Assembly (NCBI GenBank): GCA_048013815.1
Contig: CM106586.1
Span: 18,848,001-18,912,000, forward strand
Direction: 5' to 3'
Length of the DNA: 64,000 bases
From: Setoptus koraiensis
Taxonomy: Eukaryota; Animalia; Arthropoda
Below, in pieces: positions 50,321 to 62,897 of this stretch (position 1 is the first letter of the stretch; each line of letters begins with the position of its first letter). The position numbers and the translations under genes were made by a program. The notes under the pieces are model-generated. The model did not search any database, was not told the origin of the DNA, and saw only the letters and a program-made list of their open reading frames with translations.

Positions 50321-51990
50321 CTAAGATGAAGTAATCTCGTGTTTTAGTTTTAGCGATTCCTTGCTCAATTCTCTGGGCGACTTGTGATAGTCAGTGGCTT
50401 CTGTATCATTCTCTTCAGTGTCTGTATAGTCAGTGTGTTCATCCGGATCAGCGATCATTCGAGAGGAATTGGTATTGTTGCAAAAAGCACTAGTCCTGTC
50501 GGTGTGATTATCAGTTTCACTGTTGATGAGATCATTAGGCTCAAGCTTGGACTTTTTTCTATGTTGATCATCAGAATGTCCGTAATCAGGGCTATGCTCT
50601 ATTGTTTTAGAAGATTTTGATAACTGCTCATCAGTATAGTCTTCGTCGTCATCGCTAACGGTGCGCTCCGGATATTGACGTTTTCTTGATGATCTATTGT
50701 TTTTACTTTGGGATGTCTTTGCAACCAGAGAGTCATCATCAGTATCATCAATTAGTGGAAACATTTGACTAGTAGTAACCTCTGTCGTCCTTCGCTGGAC
50801 AAGATTTTTGGCATAAATAAAGTCATCCTCGACACGATCAGTCACCTCCTTGCTTCTGAGATCGTCGGCAATATCGATGTGTCCCTCTTCTGACACACTC
50901 GGAGACTTGTTGAGATTATCGCGCGATAAATTGTAAGAATTATTTAACTCTTTTTCGTTATTGCTTGGTGACTTTCTGCAATAGCTATCATCCCTATCGT
51001 TTTGTCTTCTGGCATATTTTGCAAGTTGCCGTTTTTGCGAATCGTTATCGGTCTCTAACCTGTCCAACTCTTCATCTTGATCATCATCACTCATCAGTTG
51101 GTTTCTGGAACCCGAAAATGATTGAGAATTTTTCTCGCCATCGGACAATTGTAACTGATGACGGCGTTGATCATAATTATCTTTCTGCAATGCACCACAC
51201 TGATTAGATTGGTAAGAGGCGAACATCGAATTAGAATGCAGGTCGTGGTGTTGGTTGTGTTGCTGTTGATGTTGATGATGTTGTAAATGAAACGAATTTT
51301 GATGATGCACAGAATTGTTAATCAGTTGATTGACTGTCATGCCATTAGTGTGGTGATGCTGGTTCATAATGGATGCTTTAGTTGGTATAGGTATGTCTAG
51401 ATCTAAATTATCATCGTAGTTTGAGTCGTTTATAGACGACATTGGGGAACCGGGTTCGCTGCTACCCAGAGGCGGGTTGATGCGTTTCTCTTTTTGACGC
51501 CTGTTGCAAAACCATACTCTCACTACTTCTTTTTCCATACACAAATTATCCGCTAACATGGTGATATCTTCGCTAGTGGGTTTTGGGTTGGCGATGAAGG
51601 CCTTTTCAAGGGCTACTCTAACAGTTGTCTCAATAGAGGTTCGTTTCTTTCGCCTTCTACCAGCTATGGCTTCAGGTGTATGGTGGTGCAAATGATTTGG
51701 ATGTAATGGATGATGGGGATGTGATATCATAGATGATGATGCCGATGACGACATTAATGTTGATTGGCTGTTAGTTGTCGGGTGTTGCACAATATTAGAT
51801 ACCGCCATAGCACTGTTCGTTGACACGATAGAATTGTCGGCATCTTGAAGCCAACGCTGGAGCAGAGGCTTCAATTTGCACATATTCTTGAAGCTGAGAT
51901 TGAGTGCCTCAAATCTCGAGATCGTAGTCTGACTGAAATCGTTTCCATATAGTTTGCCCATCGCTAGTCCGACATCGCCCTGAGTAAAAC
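50321..51990 (-). CDS. nub: Copy B last exon: 3' half of POU-specific domain, linker, homeodomain, acidic C-terminal tail
   Basis: Acceptor aataccag|GT TTT ACT CAG with AG at 51992-51991; TAG at 50323-50321. Confidence 0.95.
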
Positions 51991-54900
51991 CTGGTATTGT
52001 TTTCAAGACAAATATTAATGACATGTGCTCAGCTGGATGTATCTAAAAAGAGATTTTTCACTTTTGTCTTGTTCACTTACCTAATTTGATGCGGCGTTGC
52101 TTGAATGTTTTAGCAAACTGCTCCAACTCTTCTAAATCTGTTGAGTCATCAAGATTGACGCTACTCTGTAGATTGACATTGGCGTGATTCGTTGTAGGGG
52201 TGCTAGAGACACGCTCTGAATGTTGTTGGTTGATATCACATAAATTGTCAACATCCAAAACACTGGATCGATTGAGATCAGGTGAATCATTATGATGGTA
52301 TTCATCGTTGTTTGAATCCCTCAATGACAAATTAGATAAGGAGGAACTAGAACGTTGTTCTTTTTGTTGCCTTCCGAAAGTATCATTATCTAAATTGTTT
52401 TGATTTAAGCGATTATTGTTGCGATCATTATTCAATTCAGAGTTCTGACGTTGTTTTTCATCATCATCTAACCTGGTGTTAACATAATCGTTGTATCTAG
52501 ACTTAGTGTAGCGCTTCAATGTGGCCTTAGTTTTCTTTTTGGTTTCATTATTAGATGTCTCATTGTCGCTCAAATCACTATCTTTGTCAGATACGCTACT
52601 ATGTTGATCACTGTGGTAATCATAAGTGCTATCATGATTCTTATTATTAGAGTACCTGTCGACTGTTGTTCGAGACGTGTTTCGATTCACCTTAGAAAGG
52701 TCTTTGCTTGTCTGGTGATGACGCAATTCGGTGTTTGTCTGATTGTTATTTCGTTGGTTCATTTGTTTCTGTTGTTGTAGTTGCATTGATCTCAACTGGC
52801 TAACCGTCGGCGACCCACTCTGAATTCCGGTACTTTGTCTAGATCCTTGCGATATCTTTGCCGACGACTGACGTTGGTTGGATTGTTGATTGCCGTGGTG
52901 ACTCGGTTGAACTTGGTTATGTTGGTGCTGCTGCTGGTGATGGCTGTGATTGTTATTGTGTTGTTGTTGTTGCTGTTGTTGGATTTGTTGATCCGAAATA
53001 GAGTTGAACAAGTTATGTTGGGGTAGACCCAAGGCACTGATTGGGTTAAGTTGAGGCAGTTGCTGTTTATTATTGTATCCACCTGATTGAGAGAGACCAA
53101 GACTAGCTAATAGGGCAGGATTACTGAGTAATTGTTGTGCTACTTGAGGGGTAGGTACCGGTTGTGCATTATTCTGGGGCGACATAAGCAGTAGATTAGT
53201 TGGTGCCTGTGAGCCCAATGCAGCCTGCTGAAGCTGTTGTTGGAACGCGGCTTGGAATTGATTGTTCAACTGATCGAGATTGTGCTGTTGCAAAGAAGAT
53301 AACAATAAATTTTGCATGTTATGTTGCTGGTTGGGGTCCATCGATGGTAGCTGTTGCTGATGATTTGGTTGCTGTTGTTGAAGCTGACTTAATATGTGAG
53401 CCTGGGGTCCGGTGGTGGCCGCTGCTGCCGCAGCAGCAGCAGCGGCTGCCACCACGAGAGGATTCTGTGGTTGTTGAGAATTTGAATGTTTTTGTTGGGC
53501 AAAGCTCTGTAGGCTTTGTTGAATCAAATTTTGCTGCAGAAAATTCTAGATAGGAGAGAAAGAAATTAACGTTAACGCTGTAAGCACCGAACATATTTTG
53601 AAAGAAGAATTAAAGTAGCTGCATTTGTTTTGTAGCTTACCTGATTTTGCATCAAAAATTGAGCTTGAAGAGCTCCCGGTCGCATGAACATAAGAGGATT
53701 GAATGGTGTTTGCTGACCCCTATGTTGTTGCTGTTGTTGCTGCTGCTGCTGCTGTTGTTGTTGTTGCTGTTGCTGGAAGAACTGCTGCAAGGCACCAACA
53801 TTCGGACCCATGGCCATCACCGATGAGTTGTCTGCAATGGGGTTGTTATTGAGACCAGTAGTGGAGAGGCCAATATTTGGTGTTGATTGGGGTCCTGAAT
53901 TGGAGGATTGTGTCGAATTAGAGGTTGTCGGTGCGGATACGGTTGCCGGCGACGAAGGGCTAGTGGCAATAGATAATTGATTGTTGTTGTCCTCGCGATG
54001 ATGTTGATTGTTTGATGACTTAGTGTGTTGATTTACTAAGTTGCTGGTTGTGGCTGCCGCTGACGATAATGCGCTGCAATTATTATTATTATTGTTGTTG
54101 GCTACAAGTTGCGAAACGGCTAGACTGTTGTTGGCTTGTTGTCGAAGTTGGTCACTCAGCTAAATTGTTGTTTGTGATTAGAGTGTCAAGTGTGATTAAG
54201 GGGGGTCGATGGTATTAGAGGCGATGAGAGTTAAATGTTAATTAATAATTGTGTTAATTGATGTGCATGTGCGTTAACTCATGACGACGGCCATTATGAT
54301 GATGATGATGCAAATTACTATCATTAGCGATCAATTGCAATGTGTAATTGCATGCAACAACACTAATAATAATTGAATAATCATAGTAGCGATAATAGCT
54401 CCTCATCACATTGTATTGAGAGAACGCTGTTATTATTGATATTAATTGAGTCGCTTTTCACCGCCGGGAGTCATGTTTCTCGGCTGTACAGTCTGCAAAC
54501 AAAACGGCAGAACAAAACAACAAAAAATTCTATATGTTCTATACGTTTGTACGCCATTCGTTGTCGAACATTGACACAATAGCGACACACACACACACAC
54601 ACACACTCGACTAATGGAATGGCATGTTATTCGATCATTTCGTCAACCGTCGTCGAACTATACGAGCCCAGACTCCTCCCCCTCGGGCTCACAATTGCGA
54701 GCACAACAACTAACGTGCACACTGTGCCCCTCTTGTGTGTGCGTATGTATTGCGAGACGCGCACACAAAGCTAGCTAGTAACCGAAGCCAGCCAGACACT
54801 TTTGCATGCCACCAACTTGGTTATCTGTATAACTGGGCGCATGCGCACTCGCCTCGTTCCACAGTGAGGGTCGCAGGGGGGGGGGAGTCGCATTAGTCAG

Positions 54901-55399
54901 AGTCACACATACAAAAAAACTATTGGCCCGTTCAAACTTGCCGCCAAACACCAGACCACAATCAATTCCACTTACCTGTTGGTGCTCCTGGCGCTGCTGT
55001 GGGTTTTGTTGTTGCGCCACGGCGAAATTGCTCTGCAACATTTGCATTTGTTGCTGGCTAGAAGCGACCCACTGCCGTTCGTTGGTTCGGTTCAATATTC
55101 CAATGTCCACCCATTCAATTAGTATTTAATTAGCAAGCAAATTATCGGGCAAGAGTATGAGAAAAGAGAAGCGGACAATTAATGAGCTGTGGATCGATTG
55201 GTGCAATAGCAGGCCAAAATGAAACCAAACGGAAGTGATGCCAATAGTGATGAATTGTTACGACACTCACATGAGCCAGTTGATTCAGGCTGAGACCATT
55301 TGCTGCCGCCGTCGACAACATTTGTGCCGTGGCTGCCGCCGCCTCCTGATCCGTGTTCGGGCCCGCTTGATCCATTTTAGATGATAAACGATGCTGCAT
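50321..55399 (-). CDS. nub: Class II POU-domain transcription factor (nubbin/pdm-like), copy B, probable full-length parent; 5 predicted coding exons, ~1280 aa
   Basis: POU-specific domain [20 protein letters not shown]|[43 protein letters not shown] and homeodomain [21 protein letters not shown]...[16 protein letters not shown] are class II (Oct-1/Nub) type. [13 protein letters not shown] resembles the Nub/Pdm linker end. Exons 55271-55399, 54976-55053, 53641-54159, 52081-53533, 50321-51990 join through GT-AG introns in phases 0,0,0,1 and sum to 3849 nt (divisible by 3). Family call is strong; the 5' exons are less certain. Confidence 0.88.
52081..53533 (-). CDS. nub: Copy B exon 4: Gln/Ala/Asn-rich region and first half of POU-specific domain
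   Basis: Acceptor ttttctgcag|CAA AAT at 53534; donor AAA TTA G|gtaagt at 52080 (phase 1); open throughout. Confidence 0.93.
53641..54159 (-). CDS. nub: Copy B exon 3: [11 protein letters not shown]...SVMAMGP...Q17...MQNQ
   Basis: Donor AAT CAG|gtaag at 53640. Frame is open from 54159, preceded by aatttag (phase-0 acceptor). Peptide partly conserved in copy A. Confidence 0.8.
54308..54315 (+). promoter_or_regulatory. Octamer ATGCAAAT in predicted intron 2 of copy B
   Basis: Homologous to 27979-27986. Confidence 0.5.
54837..54846. promoter_or_regulatory. GCGCATGCGC palindrome (NRF1/Erect-wing-type motif)
   Basis: Homologous to 28561-28570. Confidence 0.4.
54976..55053 (-). CDS. nub: Copy B predicted exon 2: [26 protein letters not shown]
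   Basis: Perfect donor CAA CAG|gtaagt at 54975 (phase 0). Acceptor cttctagccag| at 55054; an alternative phase-0 AG would start the exon at 55071. Gln-rich like the rest of the protein. Confidence 0.6.
55271..55399 (-). CDS. nub: Copy B predicted first coding exon: [43 protein letters not shown]
   Basis: Donor GCT CAT|gtgagt at 55270 (phase 0). In-frame TGA 9 nt upstream of ATG 55399. The second ATG (55375) has a strong TCTAAAATGG context and may be the real start. Confidence 0.6.
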
Positions 55400-58300
55400 A
55401 CGGCGTCAACCCTAATTAGTCACCAACAAACACTTGAATATTGTTGCTGTGTCCGTCGTTGTTATTGCTGTTGCTGTTTTAGGGGCCACCATGTTATAAT
55501 AGGACAGGTGAGCGCGGGATAGACAAGCGGGTGGGCACGGCAGGAATGTTGGCAAACAAAGAGAAATAGAAATACGTAGATATAAATTTAAATTCACATT
55601 AGTAACGTGGTCGTTCGTCAATGACAGATTATTGATTAGTGGCGCCTTCATCGTTGCCCCGAAGGCGGAAGAGGAGCACCCAATGTTTCATGGTGGCGCT
55701 AGAGATGGTAGTTAATTCCAGCAGCAAAATATGCACCGGCAATAGACAAAAATACAAAATTAGCAAAACTGTACGATAAACAATATTGGACAACTATGGA
55801 TGGAGAATAAATTTGTACAAAATTTATTAGTCAACTTCAATACTGATGGGTTGGGGTGAATATCACTATTATTATCATATTATTATTCTATTAGGACACG
55901 GATAGAATGCAATGCCACTTATAAATCATTTCTAAAACAATTTAATCATGATAAATTAGATGCGTTTAAATTTTAATCACCTCCGTTGATGCTTATCACA
56001 TTTGGCAGCTAATTTATGGCTCCTGTAAGCCAACGGCTACAGGTTACTTACTTGCCTATTACAAGCGACTCAGATATCGTATGTCTCTCAATTTTTGTCT
56101 AACTTTCATTTGTCTATATTAATAACCATAACATTTTGTGCAGGTTAGTGGAAAATTTGTCGCACACACACGACAATTGTTGTTTGGGATATGTTGACGT
56201 GTCGTACACGTCGCTATTGAAACAGGTAGGCAATGAACAAAACAGAAAATACCTTGCCCATTATAACATGCCCAGCGAACGCCTTCCAAATGAGCAACTA
56301 TTTAATCTAGCTCAATAATGATAATTAAACAAACAGAATGTGAGGGAATAAACAAATTCAAAAGCAATCAAGAGACTGAAAGAAAGAATGAAAATCATCA
56401 TGATAACATGAATGTTGCTATCGTCGCAATCATCTCATTTGGCTCATCTACGACCAGCGGCAGCTCGAGCTGTTGCTGTTGAATTGAAGCAACAAGCCAA
56501 CAACATCTTTTTGTGTCGTACAATTTGTCACCATTAAGTGGAACCAGAATTACAAATCTGTTGGAAATTAAAAAGTGATTACCTGTGCTTCTTCACGATT
56601 TATTTGTCTAACAGTGGTCAACGTAGCCGGCTCGTTGGCTCGCTTGCAAATAAATTGCGCCACCCCCACAATGAAGCCACAAGAGGAATCTAATTTATTT
56701 TCAACATTATCCTCTATTGGTTACTACATGTTTATCTTTATTCTACTGACTTCTTGATATATCAGTTAGTTATGACGATAATCTAGGTATGACGGGCGTC
56801 ATGGATTCATCATAAAACAAACACTACAACGTCGCCACAGCTAATAGCTCGGCCAGCTACAAGAATGGCGGCCCGCATTCAATGGCACAAACTACCAAAT
56901 ATCATAGGCAGTGACAGCGGTGATAAAGTCAACTATTTTTAAAATAATTTCAATTTCGGCCTACAATTTGACAGGGATGATTCAATCAGGCCACCAGTCG
57001 GCCCGAATAGCTGTTCGGCGCTAGCAATAGTAGACTGGCGACGCACAAAGGAAGGAATTCCTTTGGCCCATTGGCATTGCTTCTAAAGTCTACACTACTT
57101 ATGCGTTTGACCAGTCAGAGCTAATTAATAACATTGATCGCATGTATAAATCACCCTAATTAATCAGCACGACTACGGTTTTTGGGATTGCTGCCGCTGC
57201 TGCCGTACGTTTGAGCAGCGCCAAAAACAACAGATGATGGGGGATGATAATGAGATAAAGGACTCCAGCTGAAATTATCTGACATTATTAATAATATTGA
57301 ATTGAACGAATAACTAAGAGGACATTGGACACAAGATGAATTGAGAGATGGATGTGTGACGGACCAACGAAAGAGATCACAACGGGGACGAGGGCAACGA
57401 CGACGACGACGCCGGCAAAGCGATCACATCTGTTGTTGATCGTACACCAAAGGCGCTGGCAAGGACGATATTTGCATATAAACTTGCTGTTAAGAAGAAG
57501 AAGATGAACCACTATTGGGCAGCCTGTATTACTACCTGTTGGATGAGTAGTGCAAATCTGTAGGCAAGTGTCACTGCTAGCTGATCTACTCTGCTGATGA
57601 TTATTTCATTGACTTTTGGCTCATCAACATTCAAATGTTGCTATCATACAGAGACACCACAATTTGTCGCATCTAATTTAAATTGAATTAGATTTAAATT
57701 TCAATTGAGTTGAACTAAATTGAGATAGCAGTGGTAAGGTAGTGTGATACTTGCCGCTGTTACGCTAAACAAGACAAGACGACAGCAGGACGAGATGAGA
57801 TGAAATTGGTGGTGCTTTCAAAATTGAGCAAGTCACGTTGAATTAATAGAATAAATAGACAGAGAGACAGTGATGTAGGCGACAACGATAATGATCTCGT
57901 TGCAAACAAGCCAAGTTGATTGAAGCTGTCTGTTTCTCTCTCGACAATTTGTTAATCTTGGTCAACTTAGAGCAGCGCATTTACGCTTTTGGGCTGGCAA
58001 ACTTGCCTGCCAGCACACAGTTCACAGAGGCGGCCAACACTCGAAGCCAGCACGATGGCATGATTTATCCATCTACTGAATTTATACTGATTTAAAATAA
58101 ACATAATCAGAATCAGGAAGCAGCTGGCTATCTTTATATCTAGCAATCTGTCAATCTTTTGCATACTTGCATGCTGACTGCAGTGTTGTGTGCATCATTA
58201 GTTTCGAGAGATGCGACCAGCGATATATAAACAAAAACAAATAACTATAAACGATGGATAGAATGGATGGATGTGTGCTTGTCGGATTGTTTGTCGCAAC

Positions 58301-59385
58301 AGCAACAAGTGTTTTCGTGTTGAGAAGTGGCCACAACTGACCAGCACTGACCACAGCAGCAGCCAACAGGACATGGGACGCAAAGAGGAAGAGCGCGTGT
58401 TTGCTTTGACCAAATTAAATTGACCGTTGCAAAATCAAATTGAGTTGTTTGCCACCGAGGGACGGACGTTGTTTGTTTGTACTGTCACTGGCGCACAAAA
58501 GTGTTTGTGTGTCAGGCAATTACAGGCCCGAGATGGACTAATTTTGTGCTTATAATGAGATAATAATAATAATTGCTTATAATTGGCGATGGTGGCGAAA
58601 TGGTGTGCTCACAATTGTCAGATTGGAGAGGTCGTAAAAGCTGTTTGCTGCGAACCTGTGCGATTACACTAATGCCATACCGTACTAACACCGTCTCTAT
58701 TGAAGAGGAACGCGGCCCGATTGGGCCGGAGCGTTTATGCGGACAACGTGCACCGGTGCTGTTTGTTTGGCCGTGGTGAGCGCGGACATGACGGCCGCGC
58801 TCACCACAGACTGACCACCACACTGACCACAACCGCCGGACTGACCTCTCGTGGGAAGGCTCGCGCCGACGGCCGGCCAAGATCGTCCGCCAGGTTAGGT
58901 CGTTAAGTTGCGCCATATTATTATTATTATTATTGTATATACATTATCAATTATACTACCAATTATACTATTAATTATATGAGTTTTGCAACAGTGTGTG
59001 CGCAAGTGGTCATCGCAGCCGCGCGGCAATAATAGCAATGGTGATAATGATGCTGCCATGGCAATATATCACACGCACCATCACAATACGACTGACGATT
59101 GAAGGTGCTTCTTTTATGGCCCTGCCTCGGCCATATATCCCTCGGCTGGGCCGCGCTCTAGCCTGTTGGCTGGCTGGCTTGCATCAGCTCGCTATCTTTA
59201 TTTGTTGATCTCTCCTGACAAGATTGAAAATCAAATCAGATCACAAGATATGCGCTGGCAGTTGCGCTGCACTGACGGTTTATTGCAGCGCCCGCCGTTG
59301 TTTGTTGTCCGCTGGCTGCTGGCTGGCCGGCCATACCTCCATGCCACGATGCCGAGATATACATCGTTCGGCGAGCGCCGGCCAG

Positions 59386-59438
59386 CCAACAGAACAGCCA
59401 ACAGAACAGCCAACAAAACGGCCAACAAAACAGCCAAC
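59386..59438. repeat. Minisatellite ~4.4 x 12 bp (GCCAACAGAACA-like)
   Basis: Direct inspection. Confidence 0.85.
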
Positions 59439-62400
59439 GAGATGCCATGCAGCGAGTGTTGACATTGTACAACAACAGCAACAACAGCAACAGCAACAAC
59501 AACGGCAGCGGCAGCAGCAGCAACCCTATGAGAGTGCGCAATTAAACTTGGTAATAATTAGATGATGATGAGGCTAGATTAATTGACGATGCAAATGATG
59601 ATTGAACCCGCAATTCCAAAAGCCGCCTGTCACTTTGTTAAACTGTGCTCGCTGGCTGAACATTTCAGACAGCAGCAGCAGCAGCAGCCATTTGCAAATG
59701 TTTAGTGCCCAGCTAAAAAGAACACTGGCACTTGTTCAATTTGCAATTCGGCCATCATTTACCAGTTGACACACACTCGGCTCAGATGGAGATTGTTTGT
59801 AAATCTCACTCTCTGTGTGTATCAGGGCAAACTTTAGTTAGTTACACACGGTATAGGTATGCACACATACACAGCCCAGCTCGCGAGAGAGCAATATCCT
59901 GATTTGGGCCTGATTTATGTGACATTCGCGGCCATGGCTCACCTGGCCGCTAGGGGGCGCTGGCTGTGTGCATGTGTGCATGCCGGCCAGCCAATGTACA
60001 ACCATGCGATTGGTCGTCCAATCGCATAATCATAGTGACAGTCATCGTGGTTGCGGTTGTGCACTTATCGTTGTTTCGATCGGCACCATCGGCATAATAA
60101 TTATGATAATGCGCAATTGAGCGCTGCCACAACTGCTGCCAAAACGCTGCCAGTTCCAGGTCTGGCGCCACCACTGGACACTCGGACACTTGGACGCTGG
60201 TTAGACGGTTCGAGCTGGCCCAAGGACCACATCTGATCCCACTGTCCGACTGTCCGTCTCACTGTCCGTCTCACTGTCTCTTTGACTGTCTCTCTGACTG
60301 TCTCTTTGACTGGCTAACTGTCCGTCTAACTGGCCAGCCAGCCAGCCAGCCAGCCAGTTAGACAGACAATTAGACAAACAGCTATTTTGTCCAGCAGGCC
60401 TAAATAGGGTGCATGAGTGGCGTGAGTGAGTGCGCTTTTGTCGTCTCGGTACCATTCAACAATTCAGCAATTCAACAATTCAACAATTCAACGCTGATTC
60501 AACCATAATTATGCAAACAAATATTTATAACGACCTATTATGTAATCGTCGCTGACCGCTTATAGGCTTGCAGGTTGGCTGGCAGTAGTTGTTAGTGTGT
60601 GTAATTTTAACACTGGCACCACCACTATGATAATGACTCACTGTTGCCCCCTTTGTCACCAGACTCGGCCGGGTGCAAAGGTGAACGGGCTACCTGATGC
60701 CCGTTCACCCGAAGGCGAGCAACCAGCGATCTGGTGAGCGGCGCAACCGGCCAACACTGACTAGCATTGAATGCAGATGGACATGGTGCCAATTGAATAA
60801 TATAATTCGGTTGTTGAATGCCGAGATGCATGAATGAAATAATGAATTGGTTCGAGAGATGTTACAGAAATGTTGCGCACCGTTTACAAGCAACAGCAAC
60901 GTTGTTGCTGCTGGCGCTGTTGTTGCCGTTGATTAGGTTGATAGCGGTGACACCGGCCAACGGCCCAAATTAACATTGACAAACATTGAAAAAACATTGA
61001 ACGGTGCACACTGACAACGTTTGCTATGCGTTTGTCACCTTTTTTGTTGTCTGTTGCAATGGTTGCACAGTTTAAAATTGCAAGCAGCACCAAAATTTGC
61101 CATGGCCAAACGGGCCAACAGAGCGGCGCTCAACGTTTAATACGTTGCGCAACGACGATATATCAAATCGGTGCTGGCGATTGAATAATAAATGTAATTA
61201 TTATAATTATCAAAACTAATTTGCCAGCATGCAGCCGCAGTCGCAAACGATGCGTCGCTTGCGATAGCTTATGATAGCGAGCGGCCGTTATGATTGGTTG
61301 AGTGGGCACCGAAATGGCGTTCATGTTTGGCATGGCATCATCACAATGTGGTGGCGTTGATTTGGCGTGATTAATGCCTTACATGAATACATCTGAATGT
61401 TGCTCATGACGCCCTTGTTGTCTGGCCTGTGTTGTCGCTGACCACAGACAGCGGTCGCAACAGCAGCAAGCAACAGCGACAGCAGCAAGCAACAGCAACA
61501 ACAACAGCGACAAACAACAGCAACTGTCTTGGCGAGTCTCAGCGAGTTGCCGTTGTTGCCAGAAAAGAGTTGAAAGGCTGACAAATGGTAATGTTTGCTC
61601 AGTTGCCACAGTCGCCGTAGCTGCCACAGTGACTAGTAGCCAGTGCTACCGCTCCATCGGGCCGGCTCGCTGGCCGTCGCTGGCTATCAACACTTTTGAA
61701 TGGATCGCCGACACTCAGCTGACCGCTCGCCGATGCCCTTTAGCCGGCCAATCAATTTGCGTCCGACATTAGCATTGTTGTCGCGCCAACCGAGTCGCTG
61801 TTTGGCCAGTTGCGCAACTCGGCCCAGCAATTGGTTGTATCATGTTTGCCAATGCTTTTCGGCGCAAATGCGCCGCCGAAGGACGCGGCAGCAGCAGCAG
61901 CCCGATACTGTGCCAATCTAGCTGCGACGGCCCGGCCCAATGTGTGCCTAATTGCACATGAGCATAATTGATGAGGGATAATTTAATTTAACGATTGGCC
62001 ATCATTCAGCTTCGGCTTGCCTCGCAAGCTTGTTTAAATGATAAAAATATCCGACGGCCACACATACATATCTCTGGTTCGTGTGCCAGCGCGCTGGCAT
62101 TTGCTGCTGCCGCTGTTGTTGTTGGCGCTGTTGTTGTTGTTGGCGCTGTTGTTGTTGTTGGCGCTGTTGTTGTTGCTGTTGCATCAGTGGCCGAAGCAAA
62201 TCACAATCGATGGCGAGATTGGTCAATTTGATGAAATGATCAATTTGTACTCGCGGCACAGCACAGCTCCGATCGGGTGCGCGCAAATCGCCCTTGTGCC
62301 GCACAATTTGTGCGTTCGTGGCGCGCGCGGATCATTTGGATTCTGGCATTTTCGCATTCTCGCATTCGCGGACATATTAGTATAATATTAATGGCCAATA

Positions 62401-62831
62401 TTCATTGTCTCTCCTCAACAACTCGTGTCAACTGTACAAACTAACAACAGCGACGACAGCGACGACATCAAGTTGTCGCCCGCCAGAGCGCCAAACAATG
62501 GCCGCCCAGACGCAACAACGCACTCGCTGTCCGGCGCCACTGTCGCTCGGGCCAATTAGCCCGATGATTTATGCCGCCCCATCTAATGGGCACTCACTCA
62601 CTTGGCGCGACCATCTCGGCGGCGCGCCCATCCCGGCGGCGCACCGATCGCTTGCCGGCTCAACAAGCTTGGGCACTGCGAGTCGCGGCTGCAGCAGCAA
62701 TCCGATTCCGTCCGATTGCGCAATATCGGCGGCCGATATTACAGCGCAACATAGCTCATGCTCATGTTCTGACATCGGACTCGCTCGCGCTTTGCTGGCG
62801 CTTTGCCGGCCGAATGGCCGCTCCGCCAGCA

Positions 62832-62897
62832 AAATGCCGACAAAATGCCGACGAAATGCCGACAAAATGCCGACGAAATGCCGACGAAATGCCGACA
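62832..62897. repeat. Minisatellite 6 x 11 bp (AAATGCCGACR)
   Basis: Direct inspection. Confidence 0.95.

Larger units (their letters stand above)
49525..54868. repeat. Segmental duplicate, copy B block (direct repeat of 23296-28592)
   Basis: Same boundaries as copy A block; offset about 26.23-26.33 kb. Confidence 0.92.

Noticed and set aside
53008-53070. 63-nt indel as an intron lost from copy A
   Set aside because: No GT-AG ends on the coding strand, and it translates in frame to sequence typical of the protein.
54817-54830. TTGGTTATCT resembling miR-9
   Set aside because: Seed region differs, match is partial and there is no hairpin.
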